From: Actinomycetota bacterium
GTDB lineage: Bacteria > Actinomycetota > CADDZG01 > WHSQ01
Assembly: GCA_034665745.1 (NCBI GenBank)
Contig: JAXDJJ010000035.1
Coordinates: 16,083 to 80,082, forward strand
Reading direction: 5' to 3'
DNA length: 64,000 nt
The notes under the pieces are model-generated. The model saw only the letters and a list, made by a program, of their open reading frames with translations, was not told where the DNA came from and made no database searches. Every line of letters starts with the position of its first letter. Position 1 is the stretch's first letter. Of this stretch, positions 39,653-49,178 are shown piece by piece. The position numbers and the translations under genes were made by a program.

Positions 39653-40212
39653 GAGGAGCTCGTAACCCAGCCTTCCAGTAATGCGAGGCCGGCGGCCGCG
39701 CTCTTCTCGGGATGGAACTGCACCCCAAGGATAGGGCCGGTTTCTATGCGGGCCGCGAAGCGTCCCCCGTACTCACACCATCCGGACACGATCGTCGGAT
39801 CGACAGGACGGACCACGTAGGAGTGATCGAAGTAATAGTGCTCGTCATCGACCTCGTTCCACCCCATGTGCGGAACGCGGACGGCAGACGAAAGGCGTTC
39901 GACATGACCCGACAACAACCCGATGCCTGACACCGGACCATGTTCTTCACTCGTGTCGAACAGCACCTGCATCCCGAGACAGATACCGAGATAGGGACGG
40001 CCACCAGCGATCCAGTCAGAGATGACGATGTCGAGATGCCCAGCCCGGAGGTTTGCGGCGCATTTGCCGAAGATCCCTTGGCCCGGAACGCACAGCTTGT
40101 CGGCCCGACCGATCGCATCGGGCTCGGCAGTGATCTCGACGGTCGCGCCGACGGCTTCGAGGGCCTTGGCGACGCTACGAAGGTTCCCCATCCCATGGTC
40201 GAGGACCGCCAC
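39649..40212 (-). CDS. hisH: Imidazole glycerol phosphate synthase, glutaminase subunit
   Basis: LDHGMGNLRS, catalytic GICLGMQ, HMGWN, QFHPEKS. Confidence 0.95.
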   Translation of the reverse strand: MAVLDHGMGNLRSVAKALEAVGATVEITAEPDAIGRADKLCVPGQGIFGKCAANLRAGHLDIVISDWIAGGRPYLGICLGMQVLFDTSEEHGPVSGIGLLSGHVERLSSAVRVPHMGWNEVDDEHYYFDHSYVVRPVDPTIVSGWCEYGGRFAARIETGPILGVQFHPEKSAAAGLALLEGWVTSSS

Positions 40213-40220
40213 CCGCGGCG

Positions 40221-40808
40221 TCAGAGTGATCCCTTAGTTGATGGGATCGAGTCCGGGGCACGAGGATCGATCTCCACCGCGGCGCCGAGGGCCCGGGCCA
40301 GGGCCTTGAAGATCGCCTCGACCGCGTGGTGGGCATTCCGTCCGTAGAGGAGCTTCACGTGAAGGGTGAGACCCCCCGAGCGTGCCAGCGCTTGAAGGAA
40401 CTCCTCGGCCAGGGCGATGTCGAACTGGCCGATGGATTCGGCGGGGATGTCGGCGTCGTAGACCAGCAGTGGGCGTCCCGAGATATCGAGTGCGACCCGG
40501 GCGAGGCACTCCTCCATCGGCACCGTCGCATCGCCGTATCGAGTGATGCCCGTCTTGTCTCCAAGAGCCTCGGTCAGTGCTTCGCCGAGTGCGATGCCGA
40601 CATCCTCGACCGTGTGATGCGCATCGATCTCGAGGTCGCCGGTCGCACCGATGTCCAGACCGATGCGGCCGTGCCGTCCGAGTTGATCCAACATGTGGTC
40701 GAAGAATGGCACCCCTGTAGCCGCTGTAACGGGGCCACCATCGAGATCGACCGCGACGTGCACGTCGGTTTCGTTCGTCTTGCGTTCGACGTTTCCGGTC
40801 CTAGCCAT
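40221..40808 (-). CDS. hisB: Imidazoleglycerol-phosphate dehydratase
   Basis: RKTNETDV, FFDHML, DAHHTVEDVGIALG, NAHHAVEAIFKA. Confidence 0.96.
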   Translation of the reverse strand: MARTGNVERKTNETDVHVAVDLDGGPVTAATGVPFFDHMLDQLGRHGRIGLDIGATGDLEIDAHHTVEDVGIALGEALTEALGDKTGITRYGDATVPMEECLARVALDISGRPLLVYDADIPAESIGQFDIALAEEFLQALARSGGLTLHVKLLYGRNAHHAVEAIFKALARALGAAVEIDPRAPDSIPSTKGSL

Positions 40809-41874
40809 CGAGTGCCTCTTTCATCGCTGCGATGAATGCGTCGGTTTCCTCGGGCAATCCTGCCGTGACGCGCAGGCAGCGTTCGAGCCCCTCTTGACCC
40901 GAGTAGTTGCGGACCAGAACCTCGCGCTCGAGCAGTCGAGACCAGATGAGGTCGGGGTCCTCGACTTCGAACAGCACGAAGTTCGCGTTGGACGGGAAGA
41001 CCTTCAAACCGAGAGCTGCAAGCTCGGTGGCTATCCGGTCCCTCTCGCTCGCGATCGACCTCACCATGTCGAGGGTCTCGCCAGCATGCTTGATCGCAGC
41101 GACCCCAACGAGCTGAGTGATCGTGGACAGGTGATACGGCAACCGAACCCGTGCCAGCTCTCGTACAAGGGACGGCGCCGCCAGCATGTAGCCGATGCGC
41201 ACCCCAGCGAGGCGCCACGCCTTTGAGAAGGTCTTGGTGATGGCGAGGTTCGGATGGGTTTCGAGCAGGCCGCGCGCACTGTGTTCGTGTTGATCGAACT
41301 CGCCGTAAGCCTCATCGACTATGACCAGACCGGGAGCGGCTTCGAGCAGCGCCTGGATCGTCGCCAGGGATTCACAACCACCGGTTGGATTGTTCGGTGA
41401 ACACACGATGACGATGTCGGGTTTCTCCTCTTGGATCGTATCGAGTGCCGCCTCGAGATCGATGCGGAAGTCGATGTCGCGCTGGACCTGCACCGTGCGC
41501 GTTCCCGCGATCCGAGGGATCAACGAGTGCAATGAATAGGTGGGTTCGAACGTAAGGCTCGACCGGCCTGGGCCCCCGAACGCGAGGAACAGGTGCATGA
41601 AGACCTCGTTCGATCCGTTCGCAACCCAAAGACCCTCTTTCGCCCATCCCGTGTGAGCCGCGATGGCATCTACGAGCTTCACCGCATCGCGGTCGGGGTA
41701 GCGGTTAAGAGCGATCGCCTCGGTGCCGCGCGTGACCTCTTCAACCAGAGCGACAGGCGGCGCGTAAGGCGCTTCGTTGACGTTCATGCGGTACTTCGCG
41801 GTGTGTTGAGGCGAGATGTAAGGCGCGACCGTTTCGAGGTCGCTCCTGATCCTCAGTGCGGGGCCGTTGCTCAT
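40801..41874 (-). CDS. hisC: Histidinol-phosphate aminotransferase
   Basis: 357 aa. NVNEAPY, SPNNPTG, and PLP-lysine context TFSKAWRLAGVRIGY. Confidence 0.94.
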   Translation of the reverse strand: MSNGPALRIRSDLETVAPYISPQHTAKYRMNVNEAPYAPPVALVEEVTRGTEAIALNRYPDRDAVKLVDAIAAHTGWAKEGLWVANGSNEVFMHLFLAFGGPGRSSLTFEPTYSLHSLIPRIAGTRTVQVQRDIDFRIDLEAALDTIQEEKPDIVIVCSPNNPTGGCESLATIQALLEAAPGLVIVDEAYGEFDQHEHSARGLLETHPNLAITKTFSKAWRLAGVRIGYMLAAPSLVRELARVRLPYHLSTITQLVGVAAIKHAGETLDMVRSIASERDRIATELAALGLKVFPSNANFVLFEVEDPDLIWSRLLEREVLVRNYSGQEGLERCLRVTAGLPEETDAFIAAMKEALDG

Positions 41875-43160
41875 GATTCGAGCCGCCGTTCGATAGCTCG
41901 GGCGTGACCGAAGAGACCTTCGGCCTCGGCAAGGGCTTCGACATGAGGCGCCATCCGTTCGAGAGCCGAGCGTTCGAGGCTGGACACATAGATGCGCTTC
42001 GTGAAGTCCTGGACACCGAGACCGGACTCGTAACGTGCGGTGCCCCCGCTCGGAAGGACGTGGTTCGTGCCTCCGACATAGTCGCCAACCGGAACGGGCG
42101 TGTTGGGTCCCACGAACACCGAGCCGGCATTCCGCACCCGGTCGAGCGATTCCCAGGCCCCCTCGAAGATCAACTCGAGGTGCTCGGGGGCGAACGCGTT
42201 CGCAGTATCGAGCGCGTGGTCGCGATCCCGGACGAGCACGGCCCTTCCTCCTTCGATCAAGGTGTTCTCGAGCTCTTCCGGGTGCTCGTGACGAGCAACC
42301 TCCAGCTCGAGCAACGCCATGACGCGCTCGGCCAGCTCCGGCACCCAGGTGATCAACGCGTGGGTCCCGAGGGGACCATGCTCGGCCTGAGCAACGAGAT
42401 CTGCAGCAACGACCTCAGCCGACGCGGTCTCGTCCGCGACGATTGCGATCTCGGTGGGACCCGCTTCTGAATCGATGCCAACCCATCCCTGTACCGCACG
42501 CTTCGCCAACGTCACGTAGATGTTGCCGGGTCCGACGATCTTGTCCACCGGTCGCACGCTTGTCGTCCCATAGGCAAGAGCAGCGATCGCTTGCGCACCG
42601 CCGATCCGGTAGACCTCGGTGATACCCGCGATCGAGCACGCGGCCAGTACTGCCTCCGACACCTCTCCCCTGCCATCCGGAGGTGAAGCGACCGCTATCT
42701 GGCCGACACCCGCAACCTGAGCTGGGATCGTCGCCATGATCACGGTCGACGGATAAGCAGCCCGGCCCCCCGGCACGTACACACCGACCCGTCGCAAGGG
42801 CCGGATCAGCTCGCCGACGACCTCGTCTCCAACCGAGCGGTCGAACCATTCCTTGGGGGCCTGGTGCTCGCAGGTCCGCCGCAAGCGCTCGGACATCACT
42901 TCGAGCGCATCGATCAGTTCCGGGCGCACCAGTGACCGAGCCTTCGTGATCGTTGCTTCGGGGACCCGGAGCTCTTCGACCGTGAGCTGGGGCCCGTCGA
43001 AACGGGCCGTCATCTCGATGAGGGCCTCGTCGCCCTTCAACCGCACCTCGTCGATGATCCCCCGCACGACCTCGACAGGGTCGGCCGCCCCAGCAACGGG
43101 CTGAGGTCGCGAGATGTGTACGGGCGTGGCCTGTTCTCGGCCGTCTATCAGTTCGAGCAT
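41871..43160 (-). CDS. hisD: Histidinol dehydrogenase
   Basis: 429 aa. GGAQAIAALAYGT, DSEAGPTEI, AEHGP, NHVLPSGGTAR. Confidence 0.96.
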   Translation of the reverse strand: MLELIDGREQATPVHISRPQPVAGAADPVEVVRGIIDEVRLKGDEALIEMTARFDGPQLTVEELRVPEATITKARSLVRPELIDALEVMSERLRRTCEHQAPKEWFDRSVGDEVVGELIRPLRRVGVYVPGGRAAYPSTVIMATIPAQVAGVGQIAVASPPDGRGEVSEAVLAACSIAGITEVYRIGGAQAIAALAYGTTSVRPVDKIVGPGNIYVTLAKRAVQGWVGIDSEAGPTEIAIVADETASAEVVAADLVAQAEHGPLGTHALITWVPELAERVMALLELEVARHEHPEELENTLIEGGRAVLVRDRDHALDTANAFAPEHLELIFEGAWESLDRVRNAGSVFVGPNTPVPVGDYVGGTNHVLPSGGTARYESGLGVQDFTKRIYVSSLERSALERMAPHVEALAEAEGLFGHARAIERRLES

Positions 43161-43177
43161 GGAGGAAGGTTAGTGGC

Positions 43178-43411
43178 TCAGTCAGCAGACCAGTTGTGCT
43201 GACACTGGCGACAAACGATCAACCCCACCTGGATCCGTAGGCGCGTAGACCCACAGTTTGGACAGGTATCCAGCTCGCCCGTCCACTCGGCGTGCTCCTG
43301 CTGACACTCAGGGCAGACGAGGATCTGCTCGCGCTCCCTAACCGCCACCGCCCACGGAGACGCCCCCTTAACGGGATCCGTCTGGGTCTTCCCACACCGA
43401 TAACAAGGCAC
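43178..43411 (-). CDS. Small double zinc-ribbon protein (four CxxC pairs), function unknown
   Basis: CYRCG...CPECQ...CPNCG...CRQCQ. The ORF-track N-terminus (to 43639) overlaps dnaE by 200 nt and looks non-coding. The first in-frame start after the dnaE stop is GTG 43411, which has a weak RBS. Confidence 0.55.
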   Translation of the reverse strand: MPCYRCGKTQTDPVKGASPWAVAVREREQILVCPECQQEHAEWTGELDTCPNCGSTRLRIQVGLIVCRQCQHNWSAD

Positions 43412-43440
43412 GGACCCATCATGCCGGACCGGAGAAGGAA

Positions 43441-46400
43441 CTAGCTGGCGATGAGTGCGTCCGGCCCCAAGATGGTTTTCAGTTCGGCGTAGAGACCGTT
43501 GCGGGTGTCGACCGCGTACTGACTGCCCAATCGGAGGACGGTCGTCTTGGTCCCACCATCGAGGTGGAGAAACACCTGTGTGCTCCCGGGGTGGCTGGAC
43601 AGGATCTCTTTCAAGGAATCGACGACCTTCTCGGTGCACCCATCCTTCGAGAGGTTGATGACCAGTGGGAGCTCGTCGCCCAGGTTCGGCTCGCGCACCT
43701 CCAAGGCCATGAATTTCACGCTGTCGTCTCTTGCGTCGCGGTCGACGCGGCCCTTGATCAACAGGATCGCATCGGGACGAAGCATGCCGGCGAACTGTTC
43801 GTAGGTACGGGCGAAGACGATGACCTCGACGCTGCCACCCGAAAGGTCCTCGAGTTGGAGGAGCACCATGATGTCGCCGCGCCGAGTCATCTTCTTGGTG
43901 AAGCCCGCGACGATCCCGCCGACCGTGTACGTCTCGCCCGGGGTCTTGTCACCGAGGGATGCGATCGAGCAATCGCACATCCGCGCCAGGAGCCCCTCGA
44001 CCCCAAGCAACGGATGGTCTGAGACGTAGAGGCCAAGGGCTTCCTTCTCCTTGACGAGGAGGACCTCTTTCTGATGTTCCTCTAGGGAGATCGGCGTCTC
44101 GTGGTTCTGCGTGGTGTCCCCGTTCGAACTGAAGAGGTCGAACTGACCGTGCTCTCGCATCTTGCGTTGCTCGATGACCTCAGCGGTGATGATCTCGAAC
44201 GTCTCCTCGAGTCCCTTGCGCGAGTGACCGAGGGATTCGAAGGCTCCGGCAAGGACCAAGGACTCGACGGTCTTCTTGTTGAGGCACGTGTAGTCGACGC
44301 GGCGGCAGAAGTCATAGAACGATTCGAATGGCCCCCCGGCTTTGCGGGCCTCGATGATCTTCGACACGACGTTCTCGCCTACACCGCGGATCGCCGAGAG
44401 CCCGAAGCGCACAGAGTCGCCGACCGCGGTGAAGTCGAGCTCAGACGTGTTGACGTCGGGGATGAGCACGGGGATACCCATCTTGCGTGCGACGTGAAGG
44501 TAGAAGGGCTTCGCATCCTTGTTGTCCTTGACCGAGGTGAGCAGCGCGGCCATGTATTCGACAGGGTGATGTGCCTTCAACCATGCCGTTTGGTAGGCGA
44601 TGTACGCATAGCAAGCCGCGTGGGCCCGGTTGAACGAGTAGTCCGCGAAGCGTTCGATCAAGCCCCATAGGTGTTGGGCTTCGGCCTCGGTGACGCCGCC
44701 CTTCGTGCAACCTTCGATGAAACGCGGCTTCTCGGCCGCCATGATGCTGCGGTCCTTCTTCCCGATCGCTTTGCGAACGAGGTCGGCTTGACCAGGTGTG
44801 TAGCCCGCGACCTTCTGGAGGGTCTGGACGATCTGCTCTTGGAACACGAGTACGCCGAACGTCTCTTTCGTGATGTCCTCGAGCTCGGGGTGCAGGTAAG
44901 AGACCTTGTTCGGGTCGTGCATGCGCTCGATGTAGGTCGGGATCTGGTCCATAGGACCGGGCCGATAGAGAGCGACCATCGCCATGATGTGCTCGAAACG
45001 GTTTGGCTTCAGCAGCTTGAGGTAGCGGCGCATGCCCTCGGACTCGAGTTGGAAGACGCCGTCGGTATCTCCGCGGGAGAGCATCTCGTAGACCATGGGC
45101 TCGGCGAAGTCGAGGTTGTCGACGTCGATGGCCTCGTCCTTGTTCAACTTGACGTTCTCTTTGGTGAGGTCGATGACCGTGAGGTTCCTCAAACCGAGGA
45201 AGTCCATCTTCAGGAGTCCCAACTGTTCGACACCCTTCATGTCGAACTGCGTGACGACCTCGCCGTGGTCACCGCGTCGCAGAGGGAGATGTTCGACCAG
45301 CGGGTCCCGTCCGATGACGACACCGGCGGCGTGGATGCCTGCAGACCGCTTCAGGTTCTCGATCTTCAACGCGGTGTCGATGATCTCCTTGGCTGCACCC
45401 CCGCCCTTGTAGGCATCCCGTAAGTCAGGACTGGCCTCGAGGGCGTTGTTGAGGCCGGCATCGCGGCCCATGATGAGAGCCGGGTACATCTTGCAGAGAC
45501 GATCGCCGTCTTGGTACGGGAAGCCCAGCACGCGGGCTGCATCCTTGATGGCCTGCTTACCTTTGATAGTGCCGTAGGTAACGATCTGAGCGACGCGATC
45601 CTCGCCGTACTTCTCCTGCACATAGCGGATGACGTCGCCGCGTTTGCGGTCGTCGAAGTCGATATCGATGTCGGGCATCGCGATGCGCTCGGGGTTCAGG
45701 AATCGCTCGAACATGAGGTCGTAGCGCAGAGGGTCGAGCTCGGTGATGCCGAGAGCGTAAGAAACTATCGAGCCCGCCGCGCTACCGCGGCCCGGCCCCA
45801 CGCGGATGCCGTTGTTCTTGGCCCAGTTGACGAAGTCCTGAACGACGAGGAAATAGCCCGGGAACTTCATGTCCTGGATGACTCGCAGTTCGTATGCAGC
45901 GCGTTCCTTAACTTCTTGGTTCACGTCGTCGTACCGACGCCGGAGACCGTCGAAGACGAGTTCCTGCAGATAACCGTCGAGGGTTTTCCCTTCGGGCACC
46001 TTGAAGTCCGGGAGGATGTGTCCTTCAAGGGTGAGCTCGACGTTGCATCGGTCCGCAACCTCGAGGGTGTTCTCGCACGCGCCCGGCCAGCGAGCGAATT
46101 TCGCCTTCATCTCTTCCGGAGTCTTCAGATAGAACTCGTCGGAATCGAACTTGAATCGTTTCGGGTCGGACAGCTCGCTCCCGGTGTTGATGCACAACAA
46201 CACCTCGTGAGCGGACGCATCTTCCTTATGCGTGTAATGCGAATCGTTCGTTGCGACCCACTTGATGCCCATCTCTTGCCCGATCTTGACGAGCTCGTCG
46301 TTCAGGGGCTTCTGGGTTGGGATGCCGTGGTCCTGGAGTTCGAGGTAGAAGCGATCCCCGAAGAGCTCGCGGTACTGAGCCGTCTTCCGGCGAGCCCCTG

Positions 46401-46860
46401 CTAGGTCTCCGGCAACGATCAACCGTGGGATCTCTGCGGACAGGCATCCGGAGAGACAGATGATCCCTTCCGCGTACTCGGTGAGGAGCTCCCAGTCGGA
46501 GCGGGCGTTGTAGTGGAAGCCCTCGAGCCACGCCTTCGTCGAGATCTTGCCGAGGTTCTTGTAGCCGAGGTCCGTCGCCGACAGGAGGGTTAGGTGGAAG
46601 GTCTTCTCGCCGTTCTCCTTCTGGGGTGGCTTGAGCCTCCGGTCCCCCCCGAAGAGGTAGCCCTCCATGCCGAGGATCGGCTTGACGCCCGCCTTGGTCC
46701 CCGATTTCCAGAAGTCGAGGGCCCCGTACATGACCCCGTGGTCGGTGATGGCGCATGCCGGCATCCCCGCATCCGCAGCGGCCTCGAACATCTCTCCGAT
46801 CCGGCTCGCGCCGTCGAGCATCGAATACTCGGTGTGCGCATGAAGATGAACGAAGCTCAA
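43441..46860 (-). CDS. dnaE: DNA polymerase III alpha subunit
   Basis: 1139 aa. PHP domain (FVHLHAHTEYSMLDG), polymerase core (GSAAGS, PDIDIDF) and a C-terminal OB fold. TTG start. Confidence 0.97.
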   Translation of the reverse strand: MSFVHLHAHTEYSMLDGASRIGEMFEAAADAGMPACAITDHGVMYGALDFWKSGTKAGVKPILGMEGYLFGGDRRLKPPQKENGEKTFHLTLLSATDLGYKNLGKISTKAWLEGFHYNARSDWELLTEYAEGIICLSGCLSAEIPRLIVAGDLAGARRKTAQYRELFGDRFYLELQDHGIPTQKPLNDELVKIGQEMGIKWVATNDSHYTHKEDASAHEVLLCINTGSELSDPKRFKFDSDEFYLKTPEEMKAKFARWPGACENTLEVADRCNVELTLEGHILPDFKVPEGKTLDGYLQELVFDGLRRRYDDVNQEVKERAAYELRVIQDMKFPGYFLVVQDFVNWAKNNGIRVGPGRGSAAGSIVSYALGITELDPLRYDLMFERFLNPERIAMPDIDIDFDDRKRGDVIRYVQEKYGEDRVAQIVTYGTIKGKQAIKDAARVLGFPYQDGDRLCKMYPALIMGRDAGLNNALEASPDLRDAYKGGGAAKEIIDTALKIENLKRSAGIHAAGVVIGRDPLVEHLPLRRGDHGEVVTQFDMKGVEQLGLLKMDFLGLRNLTVIDLTKENVKLNKDEAIDVDNLDFAEPMVYEMLSRGDTDGVFQLESEGMRRYLKLLKPNRFEHIMAMVALYRPGPMDQIPTYIERMHDPNKVSYLHPELEDITKETFGVLVFQEQIVQTLQKVAGYTPGQADLVRKAIGKKDRSIMAAEKPRFIEGCTKGGVTEAEAQHLWGLIERFADYSFNRAHAACYAYIAYQTAWLKAHHPVEYMAALLTSVKDNKDAKPFYLHVARKMGIPVLIPDVNTSELDFTAVGDSVRFGLSAIRGVGENVVSKIIEARKAGGPFESFYDFCRRVDYTCLNKKTVESLVLAGAFESLGHSRKGLEETFEIITAEVIEQRKMREHGQFDLFSSNGDTTQNHETPISLEEHQKEVLLVKEKEALGLYVSDHPLLGVEGLLARMCDCSIASLGDKTPGETYTVGGIVAGFTKKMTRRGDIMVLLQLEDLSGGSVEVIVFARTYEQFAGMLRPDAILLIKGRVDRDARDDSVKFMALEVREPNLGDELPLVINLSKDGCTEKVVDSLKEILSSHPGSTQVFLHLDGGTKTTVLRLGSQYAVDTRNGLYAELKTILGPDALIAS

Positions 46861-47041
46861 ACCAGTTTCCCCACGATTCCTAAGCCGAACGAGAGTGAAT
46901 TACAAGCGTGTGACTCAATATGGACCGCCGCTCGATGGAAGTCAAAGATGGCCTCTGACCTGCACAAACAGAGTAGCCAGGTGCCATCGCTCATAGCGTG
47001 GCCCAGGCCTCTGTTAGCCCGCCAGGCCAGAACCCTGTTAG

Positions 47042-47959
47042 TTACCTGGGGATGGTCAAACCGGCGGCGTCGAGGGCCCTGACAAGGTCTCCTGGGAGGG
47101 GGTCATCGACCTCGATGGGGCGCCCGTCGGAAGGGTGAGGGAACGCCAGCCTCCACGCGTGTAGGAACGGGCGGTCGAGGCCGAGGGCCTTCGAGGCCTC
47201 GGACAGCCCCCCGTAGGTCCGGTCCCCCATCACGGGATGGCCCAGGTGCTTCAAGTGCACCCGGATCTGATGGGTCCGGCCCGTTTCGAGGGTGATCTCG
47301 AGCAACGACAGCGCCGGTCCGCTGTCGAGAACCTCGTAATGGGTGACCGAGGGTCTGCCCCCCGAGACGACGGCCATCTGTTGGCGCCGCGTGGGATGGC
47401 GTCCGATGGGAGCCTCGATCGTTCCGCTCGGCGACGCCAGCACTCCGCGCACCAGAGCGAGGTAACGGCGAGAGATGTTCCGAGCCCTCAGTGCGTCGAC
47501 GAGGAACGCTTGTGCCTCGTCGTCCTTCGCTACCAACAGAAGGCCCGACGTGTCCTTGTCGAGGCGATGAACGATCCCGGGTCGTGTCGAGCCACTTGCG
47601 GCCAAGGGTTCGCCCATGTTCAGTAACGCGTTGACCAGTGTTCCCGTCTGGTGGCCAGAGGCCGGGTGTGTGACCAGGCCTGCTGGTTTGGACACCACCA
47701 TCACCCGGTCGTCTGTGTAGCGGACCGTCACGGGGATGTCTTCCGCTTCGGGGGCCGCGAAGACCGGCGCCGGCACGTCGCCCTCGATCCGGTCGCCTTC
47801 CTCCAGGCGATAGCTAGGTCTAACCGCTTCACCGTTCACCGTTACCTCGCCGTTCTTCACCGCGCGCTGGGCGAGGGTTCTCGTCACCTTGGCGCGCTCG
47901 GCGATGGCAACGTCGATGCGACGCCCAACCTCTTCGGGGGTGGGAGCGAAATCGATCAC
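47042..47959 (-). CDS. rluD: RluA-family 23S rRNA pseudouridine synthase (RluD-like) with an S4 domain
   Basis: Catalytic HRLDKDTSGLLL and RTHQIRVH. Start set to GTG 47959, a GTGA overlap with the lspA stop. Confidence 0.9.
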   Translation of the reverse strand: MIDFAPTPEEVGRRIDVAIAERAKVTRTLAQRAVKNGEVTVNGEAVRPSYRLEEGDRIEGDVPAPVFAAPEAEDIPVTVRYTDDRVMVVSKPAGLVTHPASGHQTGTLVNALLNMGEPLAASGSTRPGIVHRLDKDTSGLLLVAKDDEAQAFLVDALRARNISRRYLALVRGVLASPSGTIEAPIGRHPTRRQQMAVVSGGRPSVTHYEVLDSGPALSLLEITLETGRTHQIRVHLKHLGHPVMGDRTYGGLSEASKALGLDRPFLHAWRLAFPHPSDGRPIEVDDPLPGDLVRALDAAGLTIPR

Positions 47960-48414
47960 GGCGGAGTCGGGTCCTTGCGCGCGCTGAACAGCAGCATCAA
48001 CAGAACGCCGATGACGATCGCTGAATCGGCAACGTTGAAAACCGGCCACACGTGCAGATCGATGAAGTCGACGACCTTGCCTCCCGTGTCACGGAATACG
48101 CGATCGAAGACATTCCCTAGTCCCCCCCCAAGGATGAGACCGAGCGGAACCAGGTTGGCCGCGCCCTCGATCTTGTGAGCCCAGATCAGGATCGCAACCG
48201 CAACCATCAACGTGGCAACGAGGAAGAAGCCAGGTATCCCCTGCAGCAAACCGAATGCACCGCCGGGGTTGAAGTGGAGAGACAGAGACAACACACCGTC
48301 GATCAGATGGACGGGGCCATCTTGCAGTTTCGACAGGGCGAGCTCTTTCGTTGCCTGGTCGATCCCAACGACGAACCCGGAGATGAGAAGGAGCGTTCCG
48401 TATCTCTTAGTGAT
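47956..48414 (-). CDS. lspA: Lipoprotein signal peptidase II; start codon unresolved (ATC 48414 proposed)
   Basis: NPGGAFGLL, GGGLGNVFDR, FNVADS. The frame upstream of the ORF-track GTG (48294) encodes TM1 plus the DQATK box, but has no ATG, GTG or TTG. Confidence 0.8.
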   Translation of the reverse strand: MTKRYGTLLLISGFVVGIDQATKELALSKLQDGPVHLIDGVLSLSLHFNPGGAFGLLQGIPGFFLVATLMVAVAILIWAHKIEGAANLVPLGLILGGGLGNVFDRVFRDTGGKVVDFIDLHVWPVFNVADSAIVIGVLLMLLFSARKDPTPP

Positions 48415-49178
48415 TAACGGGCCCGTTCCTCGCGACGCTTGCAGTCCAGGCAGAGAGCCGCGTGAGGAAGCTCGCGCAACCGAGTGGCGTCGATCGGCTG
48501 CCCGCAGCGTTCACAGGTCCCGTACTTGCCCTCATCGATGCGCTCGACCGCTCTGTCGACCTGGTCGATCAGGTCGCGGATGTTGTTCTTGATAGAGAGG
48601 TCGCGCTCGCGCTCGAATGTCGCGGTGCCTGCGTCGGCGAAGTCCTCGTCGATCCCTACTTCGCCGGTGATGTCGGATTGCGTCGAGTCGAAGGACGCTT
48701 CATCGAGCTCGCGCTGGCGTTGCTCGAGTTCGACCTTCTTCTCATTGAGGCTCTCTTTGATCTTCTTCAGCTGATCCGGTGTGAACTTCGCGGCCCGCAC
48801 CTTCTTCTTGGGTGGCGCCGGGGGGGCCGGACGCGTAACCGGCTTCTTGATCACGGGTTTCGCCTTCGCTACGGGGGCCGCCGCGGCCTTAGCTGCAGTC
48901 GCTTTCGCCGGAGCTTTCTTAGCGACAGGCTTCTTCGCCACGGTCTTCTTGGCGACTGCCTTCTTGACGATCGGCTTCTTGGCTGCCGCTTTCTTGGGCG
49001 CCGCCTTCTTCGCGGGCGCCTTCTTGGCGACGGTCTTCTTCGCGGCCTTGACCGGGGTTTTCCTCGCGCTGGTCTTCTTGGCGGCCGTCTTCTTGACCGA
49101 GGATCCTCGAGAGGTCGTCTTCTTGGTCTTCGACGAGGCGCCGGAACGGCCTGATGTGGCCTTCTTAGCCGGGCTCAT
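48414..49178 (-). CDS. DksA/TraR-family C4 zinc-finger protein with a Lys/Ala-rich, histone-tail-like N-terminal half
   Basis: C-terminal CERCGQPIDATRLRELPHAALCLDC preceded by a coiled coil. The N-terminal roughly 130 aa is built of AKK/KKA/PVKK repeats. Start at ATG 49178 or 49199. Confidence 0.85.
   Translation of the reverse strand: MSPAKKATSGRSGASSKTKKTTSRGSSVKKTAAKKTSARKTPVKAAKKTVAKKAPAKKAAPKKAAAKKPIVKKAVAKKTVAKKPVAKKAPAKATAAKAAAAPVAKAKPVIKKPVTRPAPPAPPKKKVRAAKFTPDQLKKIKESLNEKKVELEQRQRELDEASFDSTQSDITGEVGIDEDFADAGTATFERERDLSIKNNIRDLIDQVDRAVERIDEGKYGTCERCGQPIDATRLRELPHAALCLDCKRREERAR

Noticed and set aside
47003-47041. CCAGGCC-N(1/6)-CTGTTAG occurring twice just downstream of the rluD stop.
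   Set aside because: The two 7-mers have variable spacing. They are too short to distinguish from chance, and no structural or functional model fits.
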